From assembly GCA_002633005.1 (NCBI GenBank), contig NMRA01000364.1:119075-183074 (forward strand): DNA of 64,000 nucleotides. The letters run 5' to 3'. Both the position numbers and the translations under genes were made by a program. The notes beneath the pieces were generated by a model, which worked only from the letters and a program-made list of their open reading frames with translations, had not been told where the DNA came from and ran no database searches. Positions 1-12,568 of this stretch are shown piece after piece. Each line of letters opens with the position of its first letter. The first letter of the stretch is position 1. This stretch comes from Phoronis australis (taxonomy: Eukaryota > Animalia > Phoronida).

Positions 1-1703
1 GAGGCTTAACATTAATCTATGGCCTATTGCACAAGAATACCTCCCCCTATGTTCATTTGCAAACAATGATTGAGCAATCTGCCACCTTTGCCAAAGAGGT
101 CAAAGTTGAAGGTTACTTTCCCTTTATTTGGGACAGTCACATAGACCATTTTGCTTATGTTGAGGGTGAACTCAGTTGACAAATTGGGTGCTGTTCTTGG
201 TAAGTGCTAGCTGTTCTTACAGTTGTTACGGGACATGCATGAACTGTTCGTTTCCTCTCATTATGGTACTGCTGTGGTAGAACTAAGGGCTGGTATTGAT
301 TTTTCCGTCTATTTGTGTGATGTTATTTTTATTAGCTGTCCACCGAAAGGGTTTGCATAAGATGTTTTCGTTGGTGTACGCGTATCTTTTTATTGTAGGG
401 TGGTATTGCTTACATGTTCATGGTTATTTTATGTTAGATGTGGCTTGACATGTTTGTAACATATCGATTGGTCGCCTGCCATTTGAGTGGCAGGTGGATC
501 TTCTGAATGTTTTTAAACTAATATTGGGTTTACATGTGTGGTGATAATGTTAACAGTGTCAATAGCTAAAACAGTTGTGAAAGTGCTAGTGCTTTAGTAA
601 GACCAACGAGTTGTTTGTGTCGGAGACATTTTTGCAAGCAGTTTGTTTACTCACCACCCATATCGCTTTGAAGCAAAAACTGATTTCAAAAGCCCACACT
701 CTATTGTCACCATGACAACAATACAGAGGCCTTTTTCCTTGAGCATGTATGTCCTTTGAAGTAAGCAGTCTGGCTGCAACAGTGCATGTGAAAACACGAG
801 CAAAGCTGCAGCAATAGTGACCCTTGCGTTCACATTACTGTCGTTTTTGCTGCAATTGTTCTTTTGCAAATGCCAAAAACTGCTATTGCCAAAGACAGAC
901 CGTTAACTGCTTCCAAGTTGGTTCTTTTTAAAAATAGCAGTGGGTCGATGTTCAGATGTTCAACGTGGAATGAAAAGTATTTTTGCTTCACTTAAATTTA
1001 GATGGTGATGGCGATATCTTGTTTGGTCAACTTCATCTCTGCTATGTACTACTTACTAGTAACTAGTTTATCTTATTATCAAAGGATTCTGTTGAATTAT
1101 TATGTTTTTTGTTTATTAACCTTGACAGCGCATGTTTACTAGTACTAAATCTCAATTTTATAGCCATGTTGATTGCAAATAAAGAAAATAAAAAATGAAT
1201 GAAAAAGTGGTATAATCTCACTGGTGTCAGACCAAAACAATTACCAAAAATGGTCCATTAAGCAAAGACTTCTAACACAATTATGAATGCGTACAACCTC
1301 TCAGCACATATTGTTTGATAGTAAGTTACTTAGTATGTATGGAAGTTACTGTGCGCTGATGGAAGCTTTTTATTTTGTGCTATTTATTTTTTATGAAATG
1401 ATAAAAAGCTTGCTTGTCTCGGACAAGTTGTCTGCCGTACTGTGTCTTGAATTGGTGAGATTTTCCTTATTTTCCAAATCCTCTCATAGTGACCAGTTAG
1501 TGAATGAAGCTGACCCTTTGGTGGCTTTGTTCTCATGCTTTGCCAAGCCATCAAAAGAACGGACTTATGATTTGAAATGTGTGGTGAACTAGTATAGGGA
1601 CTTGGAGCCAGTTTTATCAAAGTTTGTAAGTGCATTAATAGCTATGATGGCCATAGGCATGTTATTGCAAACACGACACTGTGGTGGCTGCGTGTGTTGC
1701 TAA

Positions 1704-2024
1704 ATGCCATTCAAACACACAGATTTGCCCTAGAACAAGTAGTTGTTGGAACTACCTGTCACTAGGTTTGGGGGCTGTGTAGTGCAACCTGCCCCACTTG
1801 TGACAACCAACTCCATCTTATCAAGGTAGGGTAACTTGTTCTGGGGCAACTCGCACCAGGTCTAATCACTGTGCAGACTCAAACCTGGGGCAAGGCGGAA
1901 GTAATTATAGGTGTGAGACAAGTTTATTGTCAGCAACAACTTCGACCTTGCGCTGTGTGTGAACTCTCCGCTTATAGTGGAGCTAGTTATAGTTGTTCTA
2001 GGGTAAGTCAGAGTGTGGACGCAT
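1704..2024. mobile_element. MITE with imperfect ~35-bp terminal inverted repeats (Harbinger-like), upstream of the first coding exon of NCOA4
   Basis: Left atgccattcaaacacacagatttgccctagaacaagta resembles the reverse complement of right tagttgttctagggtaagtcagagtgtggacgcat. No ORF. Confidence 0.55.
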
Positions 2025-2193
2025 CTCTATAGTGTTAATATTGTATTTGTCGTCATCCGACGATCAAACCCAAAGGATAAGTTTTTAATTTTGAATAGCC
2101 TATTCTAATTATACAATGCATCCATTAAATTGTACATATTTATTACATTATTGTCCTCCAGGTGTCGCTCCTATCACTCGTTCCCTTGGCAAC

Positions 2194-5100
2194 ATGTCCA
2201 CCGTCCAACCAGAGATGCTGGAACAGATCCACGACAAGATCCAACAACTCGAGGCTGCCATTTCACGAATATCACGAACGAAGAAGCAGTTAAAGGAGAA
2301 TGCGCTTTTGGTATGCATTAACCTTTAACCTGAACCTGTAGTTAGGCAAAGTTTAAGTTTATGGATAGGATCAAAGACATTTATCATTCAAAATTGGGGA
2401 GTCAGCACAGCAGGTTGGGTTACTGTTTTCCGACTGGTTTATTTTTGTCTCAAAATGTGATCATTACACAAACACACTGTTCACAATCAGCTTAAAATGT
2501 GTTGGTACTTACTTATTTATTTTTAAACCGTGTGAGCTTAACATCTGAGGAAGCATGAAGGTCAAAGTTCATCAGGGATAGCCGTACATGGTGTCGGGCA
2601 TACGTGACACCACTGCACACGTATCTAGACAGCTAGACATTGCTGTATCTTATCATGGTGTTGCATATGTTGTCAATACATGTGGATCGTTAAACCATAA
2701 ACATGTGTTATCAAGTATTTGGGTTGCAAACTCGGGGTATTCTGTTATAAATGGGTTCCTCAGCACCCCTTTTGTTCAATTTCCCAGTTCAGATGAGCAC
2801 GGAAATGGGTCTGGGATTCCCTTGGCTTAGCTTACAGTCAATTTGTAGAGGATTTAACAACAGTAAAATGTACATTCGGACTGGGTTTTGTGAAGCAAAA
2901 CGTGTAACAAGGAGTATCTGGAATAGTTTGTTCAATACAATTTCTGATGAAGGGAGAGAGATAGTGATTCACAAAATGTTGCTCTACATTGTCTTTCATT
3001 GTTGACCATCTGTTTCTAAACTTGTCCAATTCTACATTTTTTCAATAAAATGTATTTCTCGGAAGAGTAATACAAAAGATTGCTTTCTTTTTGCTATAAA
3101 TAGTTAAATTTGGGGGTTTACCTCAGACGCGTTCCTCAACACCCCTTACTGAACCAAAGAATAAACTTGTAACTGTGCAGATAAGGTTACCGTTAAGCTT
3201 TACCTTGGGGTCAGCCTTGAAGAAAATGTGGTAAAAAGCCTTCAGATAGTAAGATTTCATGCTGTGCTGTGTTGTTAATGGGTGCTGACATTGCTTAAGT
3301 ACATCTTTAGGTATCGCATTGGTTTGTAATATTAAAAGGTAACTGATTGACTCTGGAGCATTTGACGGATTTTTTTCGATTATGAATGCCACAAATTTTG
3401 TGGTGAATGGAGGGGCTGTTTTATAAGTCGACTTACAGTTTTAGTCACTTTACAGATAATTTACGATCAATGAAAAATGAAAAAGCTATGCCAACTTGCG
3501 CTATATTGAAGAAGCTGAGCTGTATTGAAGAAGCTGAGGGAATCTTTCAAATGTTCTTTCAGTTTGCATCTCAAACACAGTGGAGTGCAGATTGTTTTTC
3601 AATTGCAGTTATAACTCTTCCCTTCCCTGTCAAAGGATGATATCCCCAGCACTGTAAGCTGCCATTCTATCATTTAGTTATATAGCGCCTCATCACTTCC
3701 CTTTCAGGCCAAAGATGGTATCCACACCACCATCAGCCGCCATCTTGAGACACTGAGGAACCGTGAGGTATGGCTGCTTGGCCAGGTGGATCTGTTGGAA
3801 CATGCCAAGGAGGACATGATGCGCCACCAACAGGCGGAGCTGAACCAGGCCATCGGGGGACTGAAGAATGCCCTGGAGCTGATGGATGACCCAAGCCTAG
3901 CAGGTCAGCTGCAGGAACTGTTGCAGAGGTAATGCCCACAATATTTATACTTTACTTTAGTGGTTGGTGCTATGCAAACCAGGGACATTCAAAACAAAAA
4001 TTTTAAAGTTGGGTTTATGAGGTATTACGTTTATGCCGGTCACTACAGGTGTTATTGTCAAATAAATTGTTTGATGAAAATGCGCAAAGTACTGTTTGAA
4101 AAACAATGGTAAGCAAAGTTTTCGCCTCCATTGAGTTGAAAATCTTTCTGGTGGCGTTTGCAAACGCGGGTGTTTTTGAGGAACTAAATGTCTGGACTGT
4201 GGTCATGGGTTAGAGTCCAACTGGACCACACCATTAGACCCTTAAATCAGGTCACAAGCTCCTCAGCTAGTTTTTAACTATATATTAATAAAACATAAAA
4301 ATGGTTCCAGCTGATCAGTGCAGTGGGTCCACATGCAGGGCCTGCGCACGTCTGGTAAAGCGTACACCAGACTGCCTGCAGTTATTTTTTCTTAATATCT
4401 GGCATCCCGTTGGAACAATGTTGGTTCGTTACCGTGACGACAGTTTGACAATGGAGCTAAAGTCATACAGTTGGTGGTCCTCTGTAATTGATTGATTTAT
4501 TGATTTATTTGTTTACCGTTGATTGACGACAAAAGTAATACTAGACAACACTATAATACCGTGCAGCATTGCACAAAGACTTGTTAATGATTGACAAAGA
4601 TACAAATAAAAGGATGACAAATAAGGCCAAGGTACAAGAAAAAGGTAAAAAACAAAAAAGACAATGACACCAAAATTACGTACTTATTTTTGTTGTGGTG
4701 GAAGTGCATCATTTTGTTTTCTGCATCTCTCGCAGACCTCCGTTCACTGTTTTCTTTCAGAGTTGATAAACTGAAGTTGAGCCCTGACGAGACCCCCCAC
4801 CTGACTTTTCGCGCGGACCCCCTGGCCCTGCGCGAGGCCATCCACGAGTACGGCCGCGTGGACACCCGCTCGCTTCCCATCCAACGCGCTTTTGTGTCGC
4901 ACGAGTCCAGCTCCACTTCCTTGCCACGTGCGTTTGAGGACTATGAAGACGCAGACCATCACATGTTATATAAGACGGTGCACAGTCTGCAGAATGAAAC
5001 GGTGCGACAGATTTTGTAGAATACATTTTATTGAATTCATCAAGTGTATTAGGAGCTATGTGGGACCTTCTCAACTTGTCTGCCTTCAACAAATATCTAT

Positions 5101-8100
5101 GAAACCGTTCAAGTGTATTAAGAGCTATGTAGGACCTTCTCAACTTGTCTGCCTTCAAGCAAATAGCTACGAAACGGTAAATTTAAACTTGGGAGCAGTA
5201 TCTTCTGAAAATAGAAAGCTTGTTGGATTTTTGGCTTAGTACTAATCTGCCATTGGTTGGGTCATGTGAACATGTCTTTTTCGCAAATTTTTGCAAAAAA
5301 GAAATGTAATAGCTTAGAAAACTGCTGCAAATTTTGTTTCACATAAATTTACGAGATAAAATGTTGAAAATGCAGTAATAGCTTTGTAAATTATTTTGTT
5401 TGTGGAACTTTTCAGATTTTATGTCAAAATCTATCTTGTGGTATCACATCCCGCAAAAGGATCATTTTAAAAACAATTGGGGCAGTGTTGTGAAGAACAT
5501 TTATAAAGCATAGTATTTGAAATTTTCATATGAATCTGATCGTCCAGTAGTGAGATATCGTGCTCTGAAGTTACCCACGTGGTCTTTATTTTTTTCAATA
5601 GATCACGGTTCACAAAAGAGTTGACAGTAGGCAAGTGGGGAAAGATGGAGTTTAGTAGTAGCAGCGAAGTATTCCAGATATTGCAGCAGAAATTGATACT
5701 TACTTTCACCAGTGCACGTACTTTATGTGAATTTGACATTTAATCAGTTTCAACTATTGAGTAGTTGTGATAGATGTGTGAGTAGTTGTGATTTTTTTCA
5801 CTGTATAGTTCCCAATGAAATTTGTAAGCAGACTGTGAGTGTTGACATTTTTGCAGTTTTCTACATGGAATATCCTCCTGATAATTGTAAAAATTAGTCG
5901 TCACGTAGTGAGAAACTGGCCATCTCTGGTGTTTGTGGGAGAGTGGGAGCGATATTTTTCAAGAGTTGTAGTTAATAATCACTGTCTCATGTTCTGTTGT
6001 ATTTTATCGTCCCTGTTATGAAGTAGCTCACTATGTCCTCATTTCATCAGGTCCAGGTTAGCATCCCACCACTAAGCAAGGATACCAATTGGCTGTATGG
6101 CGCTGACAAGATAAGAAGGCAAAGTGAGACTCAGGCCTCTGGCCATCCCCGCATGCCTGTTCGTCCAGTCAGCATCCCCAGCCGGCTGGACAAGTTGTCC
6201 ACGACTGACCCGAGCATCCAGCAGTGGCTTCAGCTAATCAAGCAGGAAAGCGACATTGAGGAAGATGATGACTTTGGTCACACGATGGCTGATGTAACCA
6301 GCTCACCTGGTAAGGACAGGGTCTTGTGTTTCGACATGTGTTCGCAACTGATAAGATTGCAGATGAATAAGGAGGGACGATCTGTTTTGTTGTGTCGCTG
6401 TAACCTGTTTGGCAGCACTTGCAATGCTTTTCAGTGGAGTGCTTGCCCAGTTTCCGGATTCTAAAGCCTGCCTTACTGTTTTGAAAGTTAATTGCATGAA
6501 GTAAATAAGTATTGAGTGCTAATCCGAGCAGTGAGCGCTTAGTTGACTATTTTCATATGTGGTGGGTGAGCGCTCAGTCATACAGTAGAGTGGAAACTTT
6601 CAGCATGTTTTTGGCATTGGTGGACTTCAAAGACATTTGGGTTTTCAGTTGTGAAGATCACTGGACTTGATTGAAAGCATCTTTTCATTAATGGCGTTTA
6701 GCTTGAAAATTGAGCATATGCATAGGGCGGGAATTGAGATACTACTTCAAGAGATGTAGAGCTGTCAGCCAGACAACATTTGAGAATTGGTGGATGTATT
6801 TTAAGCTAATATAACTGTCCTGTGATGGTGTAGTACGCAAAAAAGCAGTATAAAGTGTTTGCGCCAGTGCACGCAAATTTTTGGTGAAAGTGTCCAATAT
6901 TTACAAAGCAAACACTTGTGCGTACTTACAAAATTGCCAATGACTAAAAACTTGACTATTAAAAGCGTAATTTAGACATAATCTCGTAATACGGTTCCTA
7001 GGGTGTTCATGTTATTGTGTTTTGTATTTCTTGTCTTATACTACACTCCTCAAAATATCTTCAAAATACGTATAACTTGACCACCAAAAATAGCTACATT
7101 AAATTCTTCATTTCAGTTCTGATTGTTGGAATTGATGTAGATTTTATGATGTCACATAATTTGTGTGTAAAAGGGAAATGCCCCTTTAATAATGTTGTCG
7201 TGTCCGTTTCCCCCATAGACACGGATAGCCTGCCCTCTCCTGTCAGTCTGCTGAAACACATGTCTGTCATCGCTGACTCTCCGTTGACAGCTTGGCTGAA
7301 ACAGAGGTCATGTGCGACGTGCCCCTTCGAGATTTGGCGCTACTTCCAGGATATCTCCGATAACTTCACCGACTGGCTGATCACCTACAGTAACGATAAG
7401 GTCTGTTGATGTATTTCTGGACATAATATGAGACAGGGGTGTGTGAAGGGAGTTAACTTCACATTTCACGTTAGTAAAATTGCCGATTTCACGATTGATA
7501 AGCGCGTTTTTTTTTAATCTTACAGAAAACAAGATTTTTGGTCTTTCAGGGTATGAAATATGAAATATGCTTCAATTTCACATTCACCCTCACAGCAGGG
7601 AAGTTTCTCATTTTTTTCCTAATAGAGTAGCACTGACAAATTAAGTAATCCTTCACTGTTACAGTCATACGATATTTTTAAAGTGTGTTCATTGTCAGCA
7701 ATGCTTAATTAATCAGGGCTTGTAATGACTAATGACAAAAAAGAGGAAAGTTTTCCAGGCAGAATATCGTAGAATAAATAAGCTTACGTGAAAGTAATTT
7801 TTTTGTGTTGTAAAATCTAACAACAAGAAACGGTTTTGCATGAGTAAAGTCAAGATAACTAAGTATAAAAAACAGACAATAAATAAGTCAAATTAGAGGA
7901 TATTGAAAACGAAGAAAGGAAATCCTCTCAAAAGAGGAAAATTATGAGCGCCTTTAGAAAATGAATTGGGATAGCATTGGCAGTAATGTTTATCCGAAAT
8001 TGATCTGATTTTCCCTTATTGTGACCAACTTTGATAGCAAGAACTCTTTGTGGATTTTTTAAATAGTCTAAATGTTACTATTCTGTTAATGGTTGACGCC

Positions 8101-9404
8101 TAAGGAGTGGTCATAAAACTGGGCGGGGGTGTTTGCAAGTGTCATTTTTTGAAAGCTCAGGATGGATTTAGCCTGAACTGTCAATACAGCAGAGAGTAGG
8201 CAAATGTGTAATCCATTTCACGTGCAAAAGTAGCTTAAAAAGTTAGTCGGATGCAGACAGTGGACTGCTAGTGAATTTCATGCAAGCAAATGTCATGCAT
8301 TTTGGGACCTGAAATGAGCAATCGCAAATATGTGGTTCTTGGAGGAACTAAATATTCGGGGCACTTATCCAAGCATGGGGGTTTAAAAGTGAAAATTTGG
8401 AAATTAAGTGGTGGGCGGTCAGCCACTATAGGTATTAACAGGGACAAATGACATAATTGACTTTTAGAATTGGTGACAAAATCTTGCTGTTTGTCTCTCA
8501 AGTAAATGATGTGTTATTTAATATTTTGAACCCGATCCTCTATTCTTGGAGGATGCTTAGTTTCTGTGTTCTATGAGGACAGTAAATGGCTTAGAAGAAA
8601 AAACTAATGTTCTTTGATGTGTTGCAGTTTGCTTCATCTGTCCCCGACCATGACCAACCCATGACTACCGATAACAGCGAATGGCTGATGGCACCTGGTA
8701 GCATCCCAGCTGATGGTCCTCCGATGTTCGCTCCCTTTCACACACCGACGGACACTGCCACCTGGTTGCTGTCGAAGAAACCAGCCCAGAACTGCACTGG
8801 CTGGCTCTTCTCTAAGCAAGCCGACAAAGAAGAGGAGAATTTTGTATCTAAACCGGCACCATTGTTTGAGTATTTTCAAACTATTGCTCAAGACCCATCT
8901 GTTTGGTTGAAAAGTTCTGGTTGTGTGGAAGAAAAATCATCAAACTTGTTCGATTATTTTAACACAATTCCCAGTCACCCATCTGCTTGGTTGAAGTCTG
9001 CCGAGTATGACTCTGGCATTCCATCTGTTGACAATTCAACCACTTCAAGTGAAGCGGTTGATTTGTTGAGCGACGATCTCTCTACTTGGGTCATTGAACC
9101 GCAAACTTTCTCTGGAAAAGTAGAAAATCCTTTACCTACAAATGATGGCTTTAAACCCTTTTTCAAAAAACTTAAGGCACACTCTTGGGTCATGCAACCT
9201 CCTTCGCCTCTCCCAAATCCAGATCCAGTTTCCATGGGTGCATCAGAATCCTACCCAAGCCACACAGAATTTGAGGGCACATCCACTACTGCACCGTTTT
9301 CTCTTGAAAATGCCGAGGACGAACTTCTCGACAAATGGCTTCACCCAACCCGCAGATGGCGCCACTCGTCTTACGAGTATGTTTCCTCTGATATGGAGCA
9401 TTAG
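2194..9404 (+). CDS. NCOA4: Nuclear receptor coactivator 4 (ARA70 family; ferritinophagy cargo receptor), 598 aa, 6 coding exons: 2194-2310, 3708-3928, 4761-5001, 6051-6309, 7219-7400, 8628-9404
   Basis: All introns are GT..AG with consistent phases (0,2,0,1,0); total 1797 nt is open to TAG. Exon 2 AKDGIHTTISRHLETLRNREVWLLGQVDLL matches the NCOA4 N-terminal coiled coil (human, from memory, VKAQIHSCISRHLECLRSREVWLYEQVDLI). Exon 3 has the PDETPHLTFRADPLALREAIHEYG motif. Exon 5 VIADSPLTAWL resembles the human ferritin-binding VIKNSPLSEWL. An acceptor at 2160-2161 implies an upstream 5'UTR exon. Confidence 0.93.
4191..4390 (+). mobile_element. SINE copy (5'-truncated), same family as 25411-25750
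   Basis: Colinear blocks shared with ~25455-25650: tagaccctt..tcaggt..agctcctcag..tatatattaataaa..aaaaatggttcc..gatcagt..ctgcgcacgt..caccagac..cctgca.ttatt. Confidence 0.7.
5040..5178 (+). repeat. Two-copy ~70-bp tandem duplication in an NCOA4 intron
   Basis: tcaagtgtatta(g/a)gagctatgt(g/a)ggaccttctcaacttgtctgccttcaa occurs twice in tandem. Confidence 0.9.
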
Positions 9405-10027
9405 GTGTTTCATGGCACGACAGATTGTGATGAACCTTAAGTGACAGGCTATTCAAAAGGACCATGTCTTAACCAGTGCTTAACCAATTTTTGTTAAAAT
9501 CAATGGCGTGATGTCTTTATACTAATTAACATGTGCTTCGTTGTGAAGGTGAGCATCTTTGTAAACCAAGATATGACTTTTTTTTCGGTAATGGCGATGC
9601 TGTTTAAACATACAAGATTCTCTTTCATTCTTATTTTCTCTCTGCCATAAGCTAGACACACTAGATACTCACTTTAAGCATTGTTACTGATCGGTGCTGA
9701 TAAAGAAAGTAAAGTCTGCCTGAAATAATAGGGTTTTGATATTTTGCCAGCGTTTGGTGAACTGGACAAGGGCAGAACTGATCATGGTTCTCACTCGTCG
9801 TGAAAAAGCTGGAAACTATAAAATTTGTTTCTTGGCATGGATAACTCATGAAAAACGAAAAAGGTAGAAAAAATCCGTGGAGAATTTGTGAAAATTTTCA
9901 TAAGATCGATAAGAAACCTTTGCTTTGTGTGGTCTTGCAGTTAAGGTCGTCAAAATACTGGGTTAGAAAAAACAACTCTCTAGTTTACTTTTTGTGAAAA
10001 AGAAACTGGTGGAAAATGAAAAGTAAT

Positions 10028-10125
10028 TCCTGGAAAACTCATGAAAACTGCATCCTGGAAAAGTCATGAAAATTACATCCTGGAAAAGTCATGGAAACTA
10101 CATCCTGGAAAAGTCATGGAAAATG
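10028..10125 (+). repeat. ~25-bp minisatellite (about 4 units) downstream of the NCOA4 stop
   Basis: Repeats of tcctggaaaa(c/g)tcatg(a/g)aaa(c/t)t(g/a)ca. Confidence 0.85.
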
Positions 10126-11269
10126 AAAACTTTATCCTGTAACACTAATGGAAAATAGACGCCCAGTATGAGTGGGCACCATGATGAGTGCACCAAGATT
10201 TAAAGTAAAGTTGTTGTGTTCAGTGTTGTTAAAGTATCATTCCAGTTATTTTTTCTCAGTTATTTTTCATGCACTAAGAAGGTCGTCACCCATTCTTCAC
10301 ATTTTGTTAACTTAGAAAAATTGAGACTTAAGCCGATTATGCAGATACACAGACCTGCTATCTACAAAATGTTAACGATTTAGTTGTAGGTGAAACCTAT
10401 TTTTTGTCCGAAACTGGTGAAAACTCGTGAATAGGGTGTGTTTATAATGATTTGAAGCAAGTTTAAAGTGAGTACCTCCGCACTGTATTCAATGGTTGAT
10501 TAAGAGTTGATAAAAAGAAATGTGGCTACAATGCTGCCAGCCTTTATTTCTACCTGATGAACACCAGCTGTGTTCAATGTATTAAACATGTGCTAGTTCA
10601 GTTTTTTGATGCTTTAGTGAAAGTTGATATTCCCAAGTTACTTAGAAGAAAAGTGGAATTTTTAAATCAAGTCGTGATTGGGAATCGTGCTATATTGCTT
10701 TAATTGGACTTGTGCCTGTTTGGAATTTGTGCATTTAACTTAAAGTACAATTTTTGGCGAATATACTCTCATGTTTACCTGAATGATGTTGTTTTGTTTT
10801 GAAATGTGAACCTAGCTCTTCTCTTAAGTAGGTGGTTATCAGTGTTTTGTTGGGTGCCTTCACAAACCAGGTAAAAGGATTTCCATGGTTCTTGACTTGT
10901 GTATTTTTGTAAAATGGCCTCATTTTCGCTTTATGTCAGATCCTGATTGTCTTGGAAAGAGGCTGCAAACAGCACATATATATTTCTTTAATTTCCTACA
11001 TTGTAGGTACAAATAGTCCCGAAAACCTAGAGAACTGTACGCCATGGGCGGAGTCCGCCTATTATTGTTGTGTCGAGAATTGTTCAAACATTCCAGTTTT
11101 GACATACAATTTAAGTTTAAATAAAATGACATAAAGGCGAATCTGTCCTAATTATGAACTTTCCTAAAAGGTAAAAAGAGTAAATCCTAAAATCCTAATT
11201 GTCCATGGAGACATCCAAGTCTGGCTAAGAACAACGCTGAAACAAAAAACTTGCCTCCTTGGCTGCGTT

Positions 11270-12568
11270 TTATGAAAGTCGATACACTTTCAATAGTGTA
11301 TAAGCAAATAACACTTGTTTTAAAATTTCATATCGGTATATATATATAAAGTTAACTATAGATTGCCCATGACTACTGTCGTCTCCACACAAAGACAAAA
11401 ACCTGTTGGGTGTTCTGCAGCTCCAAAAATCACACACTTTACTTGTTTTGTGAATTGAAGCATTCTGAATCAGCCGTTGTTTCAATTGTTCTGGAGAGAT
11501 CGCAGATCGCGACAGAATTATTGCTGCGACTCCTGAAACGTGGGCCGCTGCAACGGCGGAGCCAGTGAGACACTGGTGTCCACCATCGGTCCATGAAGAC
11601 AGTATGTCGACGCCAGGCGCAATCAAATCGACTTTGCTGCCATAATTGGAATTTGGGTCTAGTTCATTGTACTTATTGGAAGACGCCACTGTTATGACTT
11701 CTTTCATGGACCCTGGAGAGTGCAAGGCAGCTAAAGATTTCGCGTCCCCTGACGGAACTACAACAGGAAGACCTTCTTTCACCGTTTGGTGTATTGCCTC
11801 CTTCAAGGCCTTATTGTCGCCTAGTCCTCCAAACGAAAAATGAACCAATGGCCGCAACGATCCATGATTGGACCCTCCTCTTATGTCATACAGTTTATTC
11901 CTAACTGCGTAGACAACATGCTCCAAGCCACCAATGACGTCACTGGTGGCAACAATGTTCCCTTCGGAAATTTTCACCTCCACTATCTTGGCAACCTGGG
12001 CAAGCCCAGAAATTATTCCAGCAATGTGAGTGCCGTGCCCGGTCATCGGACAGCGGCTTCGAGTATGTTGAGTAAAGTTACGCACAGACATTTCAAATGA
12101 ACTTTTTATCACCGTTTCTTTTAGTTCCTGATGAGTGCTGTCAATTTCTGTGTCGAGCAGAAAAACTACCGATCGTTCATGCCCAGCTGTGGTGTTTGGA
12201 GCACATTCTGCCAAAAGCAACGATGCTCCCCACGAACTCCCGTTCAGGCATTTTTGTGTTTCGATTTCATAGTAAATATTTTCCTCTACATAACTGAATC
12301 CTGGGATGCTTTCCGCAACCTCTTTGCTTTTCGCCCAAAAGTGAAAGCCGCAAAGCGTTCCAATCCTGAATTCATGAAGAATCACGACATATTGGCGTGA
12401 GATTCTTTCTAGATAACGGCGCTGCTTGGAATTGAGGAGCGTACGTTCACACGTTTCCATGACGCCGATGAATTCTTGGAGCACATACATTTCGTTGTGG
12501 AAGACTGGCGTGACACCAGAGTATGCTGCGACAACGAACATGGCGGTCACAATAGCAAAAAAATACAT
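11270..12568 (-). CDS. Secreted S8A subtilase of the proteinase K subfamily (signal peptide, I9-like prodomain, S8 domain), 432 aa, single coding exon; probably catalytically inactive
   Basis: ATG at 12568 starts a hydrophobic signal peptide MYFFAIVTAMFVVAAYS. Motifs: YVEEN (prodomain end), FLLDTEID (Asp), GHGTHIAGII (His), SNYGSKVDLIAPGVDILSSW, LTGSAVAAAHVSGVAA (GTSMA motif altered) and TPNRFL. Confidence 0.88.
   Translation of the reverse strand: MYFFAIVTAMFVVAAYSGVTPVFHNEMYVLQEFIGVMETCERTLLNSKQRRYLERISRQYVVILHEFRIGTLCGFHFWAKSKEVAESIPGFSYVEENIYYEIETQKCLNGSSWGASLLLAECAPNTTAGHERSVVFLLDTEIDSTHQELKETVIKSSFEMSVRNFTQHTRSRCPMTGHGTHIAGIISGLAQVAKIVEVKISEGNIVATSDVIGGLEHVVYAVRNKLYDIRGGSNHGSLRPLVHFSFGGLGDNKALKEAIHQTVKEGLPVVVPSGDAKSLAALHSPGSMKEVITVASSNKYNELDPNSNYGSKVDLIAPGVDILSSWTDGGHQCLTGSAVAAAHVSGVAAIILSRSAISPEQLKQRLIQNASIHKTSKVCDFWSCRTPNRFLSLCGDDSSHGQSIVNFIYIYRYEILKQVLFAYTLLKVYRLS

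Noticed and set aside
9466-9486. CAGTGC in the NCOA4 3'UTR as an iron-responsive element
   Set aside because: The flanks (ttaac / ttaac) do not form the required 5-bp upper stem closing the CAGUGN loop. Other CAGTG hits checked near NCOA4 also fail.
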